Source: Escherichia phage vB_EcoM-UFV06. From it: a stretch of 64,000 nt of DNA. The notes below the pieces were generated by a model. It saw only the letters and a list, made by a program, of their open reading frames with translations, did no database searches and had not been told where the DNA came from. Below, one piece after another: positions 37,681 to 47,527 of this stretch. The first letter of the stretch is position 1, and each line of letters begins with the position of its first letter. The stretch lies in the sequence record OP555980.1, one strand, 5' to 3'. Both the position numbers and the translations under genes were made by a program.

Positions 37681-37964
37681 GCTGCATTAATATACGTTTT
37701 CTGAATGCATTCAAGACCTAAAGGATTCTTGAAAATATCATATTCAAGAGGACCTTTTTCTGTTTCAATAAAGAAATCAAAATTTACTGTATTAAATTTA
37801 CGGTCTTCCTTCACTAATTTAACTTGAGAAGATGAACGGTCAACATAAACCTTTTCAACTTCAAAACATGTTAAAACGCCATAATCATCAATCAAGGCTT
37901 TAGCCGCGTCTTGATCATATTTATATCCATTTTCAATGGATGATACTTTCGCATAAAGAATCAT
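37674..37964 (-). CDS. Hypothetical protein (96 aa)
   Basis: ORF. Confidence 0.4.
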   Translation of the reverse strand: MILYAKVSSIENGYKYDQDAAKALIDDYGVLTCFEVEKVYVDRSSSQVKLVKEDRKFNTVNFDFFIETEKGPLEYDIFKNPLGLECIQKTYINAAW

Positions 37965-37966
37965 TA

Positions 37967-38371
37967 TTAACCTTTATCAACAATAGTATGTGTATGGGCA
38001 TTTACGATTTGCCACCAGTCAAAACTATCGCCAAATCGTTTTGATTTATTGTCTTCAATAATTTGGCGTAATTCATCTTCTGTTTCAGCATACGCAATCA
38101 AATCATCATATCCACCGCAAGGATAGTAATTATCGCCTGCGAACAAAAGAAAATTTACTTTAGATGGGTCTACATAATAATGCTCTTTAGGATATTTAGT
38201 TCCTTTCCAATCAGTTACTTCAACATAACGATAAGAAAATCCATTTTTACTTTCAACCCAACTCCACGCTTCAAAAGGAGTATTAAAAACTCTATCAGGT
38301 ATTAAATTACCTTCAAAATGAGAAGGATTTGCATAATCCCCAGCATAAACATAATATTCGTTAATATTCAT
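37967..38371 (-). CDS. Hypothetical protein (134 aa)
   Basis: ORF. Confidence 0.45.
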   Translation of the reverse strand: MNINEYYVYAGDYANPSHFEGNLIPDRVFNTPFEAWSWVESKNGFSYRYVEVTDWKGTKYPKEHYYVDPSKVNFLLFAGDNYYPCGGYDDLIAYAETEDELRQIIEDNKSKRFGDSFDWWQIVNAHTHTIVDKG

Positions 38372-38557
38372 TTATTCACCTTTAGAAATTTTATCCATAA
38401 CAATAGCGATTAAACCAATTAAAAATGCTACTACAAGTGAAAAAACATTTTCTGCTGTAGTCAATAATCCGCATATAAATCCAACAAACATTGAAAAACT
38501 AAAAGCGGAAGCAGAAATTGCAATAGCAACATTTCGAATTAATTCACAACGTTTCAT
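38372..38557 (-). CDS. Hypothetical small membrane protein (61 aa)
   Basis: Hydrophobic throughout; early promoter upstream. Confidence 0.4.
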   Translation of the reverse strand: MKRCELIRNVAIAISASAFSFSMFVGFICGLLTTAENVFSLVVAFLIGLIAIVMDKISKGE

Positions 38558-38585
38558 TTTATTCTCCTCGGTAGTTGATAGGGTA

Positions 38586-38614
38586 ATAGTATCACAACTA
38601 AAACCCTATGTAAA
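38586..38614 (-). promoter_or_regulatory. Early promoter (sigma70-type)
   Basis: Minus-strand TTTACA, 17 bp, TG-n-TACTAT; GAGGAG Shine-Dalgarno downstream. Confidence 0.6.
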
Positions 38615-38633
38615 CAACTTTGTGAAATATTTA

Positions 38634-38918
38634 TTACAAAAGATTTTTAGCAATAATTTTAAGCTGAGCTACTGAAATATGCTTGGCTTTAAACAAAGCA
38701 GTTTCTTCAGCAGGGGAGATAACGATTGTAGCACCATCTTTCTTAGCGGACCATCCATCACCCAGGTAAACAGTACCTTTGACTTCTTCGCCATCAACCA
38801 GGCTAATCATCGGTTTACCTTCACGTCCTTTGTTTGCTTTAATAACTTCAGAAGTAAGGGTCGCTTCAGTCAAAGTAGAAGCGTTAGTGGTTGAAGTGAA
38901 TTCTTGATAAGTTTTCAT
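38634..38918 (-). CDS. ipI: Internal protein I
   Basis: 94 aa; N-terminus MKTYQEF capsid-targeting sequence; position upstream of 57B. Confidence 0.7.
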   Translation of the reverse strand: MKTYQEFTSTTNASTLTEATLTSEVIKANKGREGKPMISLVDGEEVKGTVYLGDGWSAKKDGATIVISPAEETALFKAKHISVAQLKIIAKNLL

Positions 38919-38948
38919 TTTATTTTCCTAATTAATTTTGATGAGGTA

Positions 38949-38977
38949 ATAGTATCACTACCTCATCAGCATGTAAA
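38949..38977 (-). promoter_or_regulatory. Early promoter for ipI
   Basis: Minus-strand TTTACA, 17 bp, TACTAT; the -10 lies inside a perfect 10-bp inverted repeat. Confidence 0.6.
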
Positions 38978-38990
38978 CAACTTTGTGAAA

Positions 38991-39687
<697 letters not shown>

Positions 39688-39688
<1 letters not shown>

Positions 39689-40401
39689 TATAGTACCTTT
39701 AGTGTATTTTTAATTTTAGAAAAAAGTTCTTCAAGAGAACCATCGTTTGTAATTACTAAATCGCCATCACGAATTGGCAATCCAGCTTCTGTAATATGTG
39801 TATCATTGGATTTTTGACCAGGACGAACTACATGAATTACTGTAGCACCCATCGCCCTAGCCGCATCCATTTCATGATCTTGACGAGTATCAGGAACGAT
39901 ATAATAATCATAACCTGAGTTAAATTTATCAAGATAATCTAAAGCAAATAATTTTACCCAATACATGCGGTCGAAGTTATTAACAATCAAATCCGTACCT
40001 AGGGCTTGCATCAGACGACGGACTGACCATTGATCTTCAATATTATTTATAACGTCAGCAATCTTGTTAAATGCTACGAAATTAACTGCGTCATCAAAAA
40101 CAAACACACCTTTAATTGGGCTTTTACCATTAAGATAGCAAAATGCTTGTTCCATAATCGTGATTACTTCTAATTTAGTCAGATTTAAATTAGTCTCACG
40201 ATCATAGTCAATTCCTTCAAACTCTTTACGAGTTAAGCAAGGATAGCCAGTGTTTGCTGCAAATACACCCCATGCATAAGCCAATGCATCCTTAATAGGA
40301 CCAGCAAGTTGGTATTTAACTGCAGAATAATTGCTCATGATAAAATCAGCAGTAGTATCTTTTCCACTACGCTTTACACCACTTAAAAAGATTAGTTTCA
40401 T
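39688..40401 (-). CDS. 1: Deoxynucleoside monophosphate kinase
   Basis: P-loop LSGVKRSGKDT; N-terminus MKLIFLSGVKRSGKDTTADFIMSNY as recalled for T4 gp1; ATG at 40401. Confidence 0.85.
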
Positions 40402-40450
40402 GTGTTTCTCCTCAAATTTAATTAAGATTATAACACACAAAACTGAAGCA

Positions 40451-40981
40451 TTAAACTTCTGCTATAATTTTTCCATCTTTTTCTACTTGAAAATAGGTGT
40501 AAGGAATCGTTGCAGTACATACTAAAGCCGGGTCTGAATCTTCCGTATAGCTAAATTCTACTTCAGATAGGTCAGAAACCCAAGGCTTATAAAAATTTAT
40601 TGACATCACGATTTCAGTTTTGCTATTATCTAAGATGTAAAGCGTAATGTACTCAGGACCTGTTTTTTGGGCAGTATTTTCACCTGTAAGATAGTTGCTA
40701 GTTCCTAGCATCCATTCATACATTCCTATCCATGACTTAAGTTCTTCATCAACTATAAATCTCACAATGAGTGGATCATACTCAAATGTAACACCTGGAC
40801 GTTGTGCTCGGCCCAGTCCAAACGGCCCAGTCACGGTATCAGTAACAGGTATCCTAATTCCCGGAATAGGAACTGACTGAGCATTTAAAGTAAAAGCAGA
40901 TGTAGTATTACTATGCGGTATTGATACTACAAAGTTAGTTGTATTTGCTTGGTTAAAAATTTGTTGTAGTGCTTGCGACAT
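40451..40981 (-). CDS. 3: Tail tube terminator/sheath stabilizer gp3
   Basis: 176 aa from the internal ATG; synteny 1-3-2-4. Confidence 0.75.
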   Translation of the reverse strand: MSQALQQIFNQANTTNFVVSIPHSNTTSAFTLNAQSVPIPGIRIPVTDTVTGPFGLGRAQRPGVTFEYDPLIVRFIVDEELKSWIGMYEWMLGTSNYLTGENTAQKTGPEYITLYILDNSKTEIVMSINFYKPWVSDLSEVEFSYTEDSDPALVCTATIPYTYFQVEKDGKIIAEV

Positions 40982-41087
40982 ATATTCCTCATAATGCTTC
41001 ATAAATGTTGGTGGTATAATGGGTCTAAGTCCCTTCCATTCAATTCCAATTAGAACAAACAATAGAAAAGAATGGAAGATAATAGAA

Positions 41088-41912
41088 TTAAATATTTGAC
41101 CAGACTTTGTTTGCAGAGAAACGTTTTCCTTTTGAAACGAACTGCTGAAGTGGCATCAACACAACGTTCGCCCAGTCTTTCGGGGCGATTTCAACAAGGC
41201 TACCCATAATATTACCGGGTATATATGCCTTAATCATTTGGTCTGCACCCCTAAATCCTTTCACTTGACTCCAATCAATTTTTAATTTCGTTTTATTAGT
41301 AATAGTAGGTGTATTTGAGTATTGCTTTAAAAGCTCTTCTAGAAATTGCTGACGAGCTTTAGGTGGAATATAGTGCAAGTTTAATCCGTACATTAAATTA
41401 TGCTTACCTAAACCAAGGTAAATTATCAAAGGAAATTTATCCCAGTAAGGAAGAGTTTCCTTGTGTTTAGCATCATAAGCAAAAGCATATATTCGTCCCG
41501 GCTGCGGGCGAACAACTTTATGTCCTTTTACTTGCTTAATAGTTTCAGCAAACCATTTTCTGGTTTTATTATTAATTGCTGCGCCTTCATTACGAATTTT
41601 ATCACGCAATGTTTGTCTGAATGAATTTATCATAAGCAGTTGTCTTTCTTGCTTATTGAGCTTATTCATTGGTTTTGATTCAAGCTTTTGAATCTTTTCA
41701 GCTGTTTTAATTCCTGAAGCATATTTTGACATTGCCGAAGTAAACGTAGAGTATTTGATTCCTCTTTCTTCAGCAAATTGTTTTCCTGTCATTCCTTTTG
41801 CTTTGGCCTTTTTATATTCAAGACCTATTTGAATCCATTTCTTTTCGTTTAATGATTGCTTAACCTTTGGAACTTGGGGAGTGCTTTCATTAATTATTTG
41901 AAAAATAGCCAT
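41088..41912 (-). CDS. 2: DNA end protector gp2
   Basis: 274 aa; synteny. Confidence 0.8.
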   Translation of the reverse strand: MAIFQIINESTPQVPKVKQSLNEKKWIQIGLEYKKAKAKGMTGKQFAEERGIKYSTFTSAMSKYASGIKTAEKIQKLESKPMNKLNKQERQLLMINSFRQTLRDKIRNEGAAINNKTRKWFAETIKQVKGHKVVRPQPGRIYAFAYDAKHKETLPYWDKFPLIIYLGLGKHNLMYGLNLHYIPPKARQQFLEELLKQYSNTPTITNKTKLKIDWSQVKGFRGADQMIKAYIPGNIMGSLVEIAPKDWANVVLMPLQQFVSKGKRFSANKVWSNI

Positions 41913-42364
41913 TATGCCCCCTTAAAGCCAAGAGCTCGTAATCCATCTTCTGTTAGAATTCTAAATTTTATTCCACGCTTTTCAGCTAAAGCTTGCGCTG
42001 CTTTCCATTTGTCAGTGTTCACAGACCAGGTATAAATTTCATTCATAAATCTTTTCTTCGCTGCGGTTGTTAGATGTGCTGGTTTAACTGGTGGTTGTGT
42101 TTCTTTTTTAGGCTTTATTTCAATAAAAAATTCTTGTCCAGAAGAATCTTTCATCCAAATATCCATGAAGTATCTACGTTTTTTCCCTTCGGCATTACAA
42201 AAATAAGGAATTACTGCTGTTTCACTACCCCATGCAATAATTTCTGGATTTTTATCTAACCATTCAAAAAAGAATTTTTCCCAATTTGATCTATACGTAA
42301 TTTTTTTAGGGTCACCTCTATACTTTGATATATTTTTAGGAACCCATTTTCCAGAATATGCCAT
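41912..42364 (-). CDS. 4: Head completion protein gp4
   Basis: 150 aa; synteny; late promoter upstream. Confidence 0.8.
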   Translation of the reverse strand: MAYSGKWVPKNISKYRGDPKKITYRSNWEKFFFEWLDKNPEIIAWGSETAVIPYFCNAEGKKRRYFMDIWMKDSSGQEFFIEIKPKKETQPPVKPAHLTTAAKKRFMNEIYTWSVNTDKWKAAQALAEKRGIKFRILTEDGLRALGFKGA

Positions 42365-42375
42365 TGGATTCTCCT

Positions 42376-42383
42376 TATAAATA
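42376..42383 (+). promoter_or_regulatory. Late promoter box TATAAATA for gene 53
   Basis: Perfect TATAAATA 28 bp upstream of the gene 53 ATG. Confidence 0.65.
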
Positions 42384-42390
42384 GATAATA

Positions 42391-42398
42391 TATTTATA
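42391..42398 (-). promoter_or_regulatory. Late promoter box TATAAATA for genes 4-2-3
   Basis: Perfect TATAAATA on the minus strand 27 bp upstream of the gene 4 ATG; divergent from the gene 53 promoter. Confidence 0.6.
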
Positions 42399-42411
42399 AA
42401 CAGGAGGGCCC

Positions 42412-43002
42412 ATGCTCTTTACATTTTTTGATCCGATTGAATATGCGGCCAAAACGGTGAATAAAAACGCGCCGACTATTCCTATGACAGATATTTTTAG
42501 AAACTATAAAGACTATTTCAAACGTGCTCTTGCGGGATACCGCTTACGTACTTATTATATTAAAGGTTCACCTCGTCCCGAAGAATTAGCAAATACTATA
42601 TATGGAAATCCACAGTTGTATTGGGTTTTATTGATGTGTAATGATAATTATGATCCATATTATGGATGGATTACTTCACAAGAAGCTGCTTATCAAGCAT
42701 CTATACAAAAATACAAAAACGTAGGTGGAGACCAAATAGTATATCATGTAAATGAGAACGGTGAAAAATTTTATAATTTAGTATCATACGATGATAATCC
42801 ATATGTTTGGTATGACAAAGGTGATAAAGCTAGAAAATATCCTCAATATGAAGGAGCACTTGCTGCTGTTAATACGTATGAAGCTGCTGTTCTTGAAAAT
42901 GAAAAACTTCGTCAAATAAAAATAATAGCAAAATCAGACATCAATTCATTTATGAACGACCTTATACGTATAATGGAGAAATCTTATGGAAATGATAAGT
43001 AA
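42412..43002 (+). CDS. 53: Baseplate wedge protein gp53
   Basis: 196 aa; synteny. Confidence 0.85.
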   Translation: MLFTFFDPIEYAAKTVNKNAPTIPMTDIFRNYKDYFKRALAGYRLRTYYIKGSPRPEELANTIYGNPQLYWVLLMCNDNYDPYYGWITSQEAAYQASIQKYKNVGGDQIVYHVNENGEKFYNLVSYDDNPYVWYDKGDKARKYPQYEGALAAVNTYEAAVLENEKLRQIKIIAKSDINSFMNDLIRIMEKSYGNDK

Positions 43003-44713
43003 TAACCTTAATTGGTTTGTTGGTGTTGTTGAAGATAGAATGGACCCATTAAAATTAGGTCGTGTTCGTGTTCGTGTGGTTGGTCTGCATCCACCACAAA
43101 GAGCACAAGGTGATGTAATGGGTATTCCAACTGAAAAATTGCCATGGATGTCAGTTATTCAGCCTATAACTTCGGCAGCTATGTCTGGAATTGGAGGTTC
43201 CGTTACTGGACCGGTAGAAGGAACTAGAGTTTATGGTCATTTTTTGGACAAATGGAAAACTAATGGAATTGTTCTTGGCACGTATGGTGGAATAGTTCGC
43301 GAAAAACCGAATAGACTTGAAGGATTTTCTGACCCGACTGGGCAATATCCTAGACGTTTAGGAAATGATACTAACGTACTAAACCAAGGCGGAGAAGTAG
43401 GATATGATTCGTCTTCTAACATTATCCAAGATAGTAACTTAGACACTGCAATAAATCCTGATGATAGACCACTATCAGAGATTCCAACTGATGATAATCC
43501 AAATATGTCAATGGCTGAAATGCTTCGCCGTGATGAAGGATTAAGACTAAAAGTTTATTGGGATACCGAAGGATATCCGACAATTGGTATTGGTCATCTT
43601 ATCATGAAGCAGCCAGTTCGTGATATGGCTCAAATTAATAAAGTTTTATCGAAACAAGTTGGTCGTGAAATTACTGGAAACCCAGGTTCTATTACAATGG
43701 AAGAAGCGGTAACTTTATTTGAACGCGATTTGGCTGATATGCAACGTGACATTAAATCACATTCTAAAGTAGGACCAGTCTGGCAAGCTGTCAACCGTTC
43801 TCGTCAAATGGCATTAGAAAATATGGCATTTCAGATGGGTGTTGGCGGTGTAGCTAAATTTAACACAATGTTAACTGCTATGTTAGCAGGAGATTGGGAA
43901 AAAGCATATAAAGCTGGTCGTGATTCATTGTGGTATCAACAAACAAAAGGCCGTGCATCCCGTGTTACCATGATTATTCTTACGGGGAATTTGGAATCAT
44001 ATGGTGTTGAAGTGAAAACTCCAGCTAGGTCTTTGTCGGCAATGGCTGCTACTGTGGCGAAGTCTTCTGATCCAGCTGACCCTCCTATTCCAAATGACTC
44101 AAGAATTTTATTCAAAGAACCAGTTTCTTCATATAAAGGCGAATATCCTTATGTGCATACAATGGAAACTGAAAGTGGACATATTCAGGAATTTGATGAT
44201 ACCCCTGGGCAAGAACGATATAGATTAGTTCATCCAACTGGAACTTATGAAGAAGTATCACCGTCAGGGAGAAGAACAAGAAAAACTGTTGATAATTTGT
44301 ATGATATAACCAACGCTGATGGTAATTTTTTGGTAGCCGGTGATAAAAAGACTAACGTCGGTGGTTCAGAAATTTATTATAACATGGATAATCGTCTTCA
44401 CCAAATAGATGGAAGCAATACAATATTTGTACGTGGCGATGAAACTAAGACGGTTGAAGGTAATGGAACTATCCTAGTTAAAGGTAATGTTACTATTGTA
44501 GTTGAAGGTAATGCTGACATTACAGTTAAAGGAGATGCTACTACGTTAGTTGAAGGTAATCAAACTAATACAGTAAATGGAAATCTTTCTTGGAAAGTTG
44601 CTGGGACAGTTGATTGGGACGTTGGTGGTGATTGGACAGAAAAAATGGCATCTATGAGTTCTATTTCATCTGGTCAATACACAATTGATGGATCGAGGAT
44701 TGACATTGGCTAA
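42986..44713 (+). CDS. 5: Baseplate hub/cell-puncturing protein gp5 with lysozyme domain
   Basis: 575 aa; internal lysozyme domain MLRRDEGLRLKVYWDTEGYPTIGIGHL; C-terminal VEGN beta-helix repeats. Confidence 0.95.
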   Translation: MEMISNNLNWFVGVVEDRMDPLKLGRVRVRVVGLHPPQRAQGDVMGIPTEKLPWMSVIQPITSAAMSGIGGSVTGPVEGTRVYGHFLDKWKTNGIVLGTYGGIVREKPNRLEGFSDPTGQYPRRLGNDTNVLNQGGEVGYDSSSNIIQDSNLDTAINPDDRPLSEIPTDDNPNMSMAEMLRRDEGLRLKVYWDTEGYPTIGIGHLIMKQPVRDMAQINKVLSKQVGREITGNPGSITMEEAVTLFERDLADMQRDIKSHSKVGPVWQAVNRSRQMALENMAFQMGVGGVAKFNTMLTAMLAGDWEKAYKAGRDSLWYQQTKGRASRVTMIILTGNLESYGVEVKTPARSLSAMAATVAKSSDPADPPIPNDSRILFKEPVSSYKGEYPYVHTMETESGHIQEFDDTPGQERYRLVHPTGTYEEVSPSGRRTRKTVDNLYDITNADGNFLVAGDKKTNVGGSEIYYNMDNRLHQIDGSNTIFVRGDETKTVEGNGTILVKGNVTIVVEGNADITVKGDATTLVEGNQTNTVNGNLSWKVAGTVDWDVGGDWTEKMASMSSISSGQYTIDGSRIDIG

Positions 44714-44723
44714 TATACTTCCA

Positions 44724-45242
44724 ATGAGCGCTGATTTAGGAGAATCCATGGAAGGTTCTTCTATCGACGTCACCTTTACCGCTCAATTAGAAACAGGTGA
44801 AACGTTAGTATCTATAAATATAACTAGTTACGAAGAAACTCCTGGGGTTTTAGTAGAAGAAAGTCGCTTATATGGAACATATGAATCTGTATTTGGTTTC
44901 GGAAATGACGCGTTGAAATATCGTTTAGGTGATGAATTTAAAACTGCTGCTTCATGGGAAGAACTTCCTACTGATTCTGACACCCAGTTGTATTTGTGGA
45001 AAGCTCCTCAAAATCTCCAGAAGACATTCACTTACGAAGTAACATTAATATATGACTACCAAGAACAAAGTGAATCTGGAGGTTCTGGCAGTAATTCTAG
45101 GTCATCTTCTGATACTACTGAACCGACAGATCCTCCTGCTCCGGTAAGAAAAACTCTAGTTAAAAATTATACTAAAACTATAGTTGGAAATTGGAGTCGT
45201 TGGGCTAATAAATTAAGAAGCTATGTGTATGAGAGGTCATAG
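44724..45242 (+). CDS. Hypothetical protein (gp5.1-position)
   Basis: ORF between 5 and 5.4; start uncertain. Confidence 0.45.
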   Translation: MSADLGESMEGSSIDVTFTAQLETGETLVSINITSYEETPGVLVEESRLYGTYESVFGFGNDALKYRLGDEFKTAASWEELPTDSDTQLYLWKAPQNLQKTFTYEVTLIYDYQEQSESGGSGSNSRSSSDTTEPTDPPAPVRKTLVKNYTKTIVGNWSRWANKLRSYVYERS

Positions 45243-45536
45243 ATGTCAGGATTAAGTTATGATAAATGTGTTACTGCTGGTCATGAAGCATGGCCTCCAA
45301 CAGTTGTGAATGCTACACAAAGTAAAGTATTCACTGGAGGAATTGCTGTTCTAATAGCAGGCGATCCAATTACAGAACATACAGAAATCAAAAAGCCATA
45401 TGAAACACATGGCGGAGTGACACAACCTAGAACTTCTAAGGTATATGTCACAGGAAAGAAAGCTGTTCAAATGGCTGATCCAATATCATGCGGTGATACT
45501 GTGGCTCAGGCATCATCTAAAGTATTCATTAAATAG
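45243..45536 (+). CDS. 5.4: Spike-tip PAAR-like protein gp5.4
   Basis: 97 aa; position after gene 5. Confidence 0.75.
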   Translation: MSGLSYDKCVTAGHEAWPPTVVNATQSKVFTGGIAVLIAGDPITEHTEIKKPYETHGGVTQPRTSKVYVTGKKAVQMADPISCGDTVAQASSKVFIK

Positions 45537-45544
45537 GATTTAAA

Positions 45545-47527
45545 ATGGCAAATACCCCTGTAAATTATCAATTAACAAGAACAGCAAATGCTATTCCCGA
45601 GATATTCGTCGGGGGTACGTTTGCTGAAATAAAACAAAACCTCATTGAATGGCTTAATGGCCAAAATGAATTTTTGGATTACGATTTTGAAGGCTCAAGA
45701 TTAAACGTTCTGTGCGACCTTTTAGCTTATAATACATTGTACATTCAGCAGTTTGGTAATGCTGCTGTGTATGAAAGCTTTATGCGTACTGCTAACTTAC
45801 GAAGTTCAGTTGTTCAGGCTGCACAAGATAATGGATATTTACCTACTTCAAAATCCGCTGCACAGACCGAAATTATGTTAACGTGTACAGATGCATTGAA
45901 TAGAAATTACATTACTATTCCTCGCGGTACTCGCTTTTTAGCATATGCAAAGGATACTTCTGTTAATCCATATAACTTCGTTTCTACCGAAGACGTTATT
46001 GCTATTCGTGATAAAAATAACCAATATTTTCCACGATTAAAATTAGCCCAGGGACGTATAGTAAGAACTGAAATCATTTATGATAAATTAACACCTATTA
46101 TCATTTATGACAAAAACATAGATAGAAACCAAGTTAAACTATACGTTGATGGAGCAGAATGGATTAACTGGACAAGAAAGTCAATGGTTCATGCTGGTTC
46201 TACATCAACAATTTACTACATGCGTGAAACTATTGATGGAAACACTGAATTCTATTTTGGCGAAGGTGAAATTTCTGTTAATGCGGCAGAAGGAGCTCTA
46301 ACTGCTAACTATATTGGAGGTCTTAAACCTACCCAGAACTCTACTATTGTTATTGAGTACATCAGTACTAACGGTGCAGATGCGAATGGTGCAGTCGGAT
46401 TTTCATACGCAGATACATTAACAAATATAACTGTCATCAATATTAACGAAAATCCAAATGATGACCCAGATTTTGTTGGGGCAGATGGCGGTGGCGATCC
46501 AGAAGATATTGAGCGTATTCGCGAATTGGGTACTATTAAACGCGAAACCCAGCAACGCTGCGTAACTGCGACCGACTATGATACATTCGTCTCAGAAAGA
46601 TTCGGTTCTATTATTCAAGCTGTTCAGACTTTCACTGATTCTACTAAACCTGGTTATGCATTTATTGCTGCTAAACCTAAATCAGGACTATATTTAACTA
46701 CTGTGCAACGTGAAGATATTAAAAATTATCTCAAAGACTATAATTTAGCGCCTATTACACCGTCAATTATTTCTCCTAATTATCTTTTTATTAAGACTAA
46801 TTTAAAAGTCACATATGCTTTAAATAAACTACAAGAATCCGAACAGTGGCTTGAAGGTCAAATAATTGATAAAATTGATCGCTATTATACCGAAGATGTA
46901 GAAATTTTTAACTCATCTTTTGCCAAGTCTAAGATGTTAACTTACGTAGATGATGCAGATCATTCTATCATTGGTTCATCAGCGACTATTCAAATTGTTC
47001 GTGAAGTACAAAACTTCTATAAAACGCCTGAAGCAGGTATTAAATACAATAATCAAATAAAAGATCGTTCTATGGAATCTAATACGTTTTCATTTAATTC
47101 TGGACGAAAGGTTGTAAATCCTGATACCGGTTTAGAAGAAGATGTATTATATGACGTTCGTATAGTATCAACAGACCGAGATTCTAAAGGAATTGGTAAA
47201 GTTATTATTGGTCCATTTGCTTCTGGCGATGTTACAGAAAATGAAAACATTCAGCCGTATACAGGCAACGATTTTAACAAATTAGCAAATTCTGATGGAC
47301 GCGACAAATACTATGTTATCGGTGAAATAAATTATCCAGCTGACATGATTTATTGGAATATCGCTAAAATTAATTTAACATCTGAAAAATTTGAAGTTCA
47401 GACTATTGAATTATATTCTGACCCAACCGATGATGTTATCTTTACTCGCGATGGTTCACTGATTGTATTTGAAAATGACTTACGTCCACAATACTTAACT
47501 ATCGATTTGGAGCCTATATCACAATGA
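45545..47527 (+). CDS. 6: Baseplate wedge protein gp6
   Basis: 660 aa; synteny. Confidence 0.9.
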   Translation: MANTPVNYQLTRTANAIPEIFVGGTFAEIKQNLIEWLNGQNEFLDYDFEGSRLNVLCDLLAYNTLYIQQFGNAAVYESFMRTANLRSSVVQAAQDNGYLPTSKSAAQTEIMLTCTDALNRNYITIPRGTRFLAYAKDTSVNPYNFVSTEDVIAIRDKNNQYFPRLKLAQGRIVRTEIIYDKLTPIIIYDKNIDRNQVKLYVDGAEWINWTRKSMVHAGSTSTIYYMRETIDGNTEFYFGEGEISVNAAEGALTANYIGGLKPTQNSTIVIEYISTNGADANGAVGFSYADTLTNITVININENPNDDPDFVGADGGGDPEDIERIRELGTIKRETQQRCVTATDYDTFVSERFGSIIQAVQTFTDSTKPGYAFIAAKPKSGLYLTTVQREDIKNYLKDYNLAPITPSIISPNYLFIKTNLKVTYALNKLQESEQWLEGQIIDKIDRYYTEDVEIFNSSFAKSKMLTYVDDADHSIIGSSATIQIVREVQNFYKTPEAGIKYNNQIKDRSMESNTFSFNSGRKVVNPDTGLEEDVLYDVRIVSTDRDSKGIGKVIIGPFASGDVTENENIQPYTGNDFNKLANSDGRDKYYVIGEINYPADMIYWNIAKINLTSEKFEVQTIELYSDPTDDVIFTRDGSLIVFENDLRPQYLTIDLEPISQ

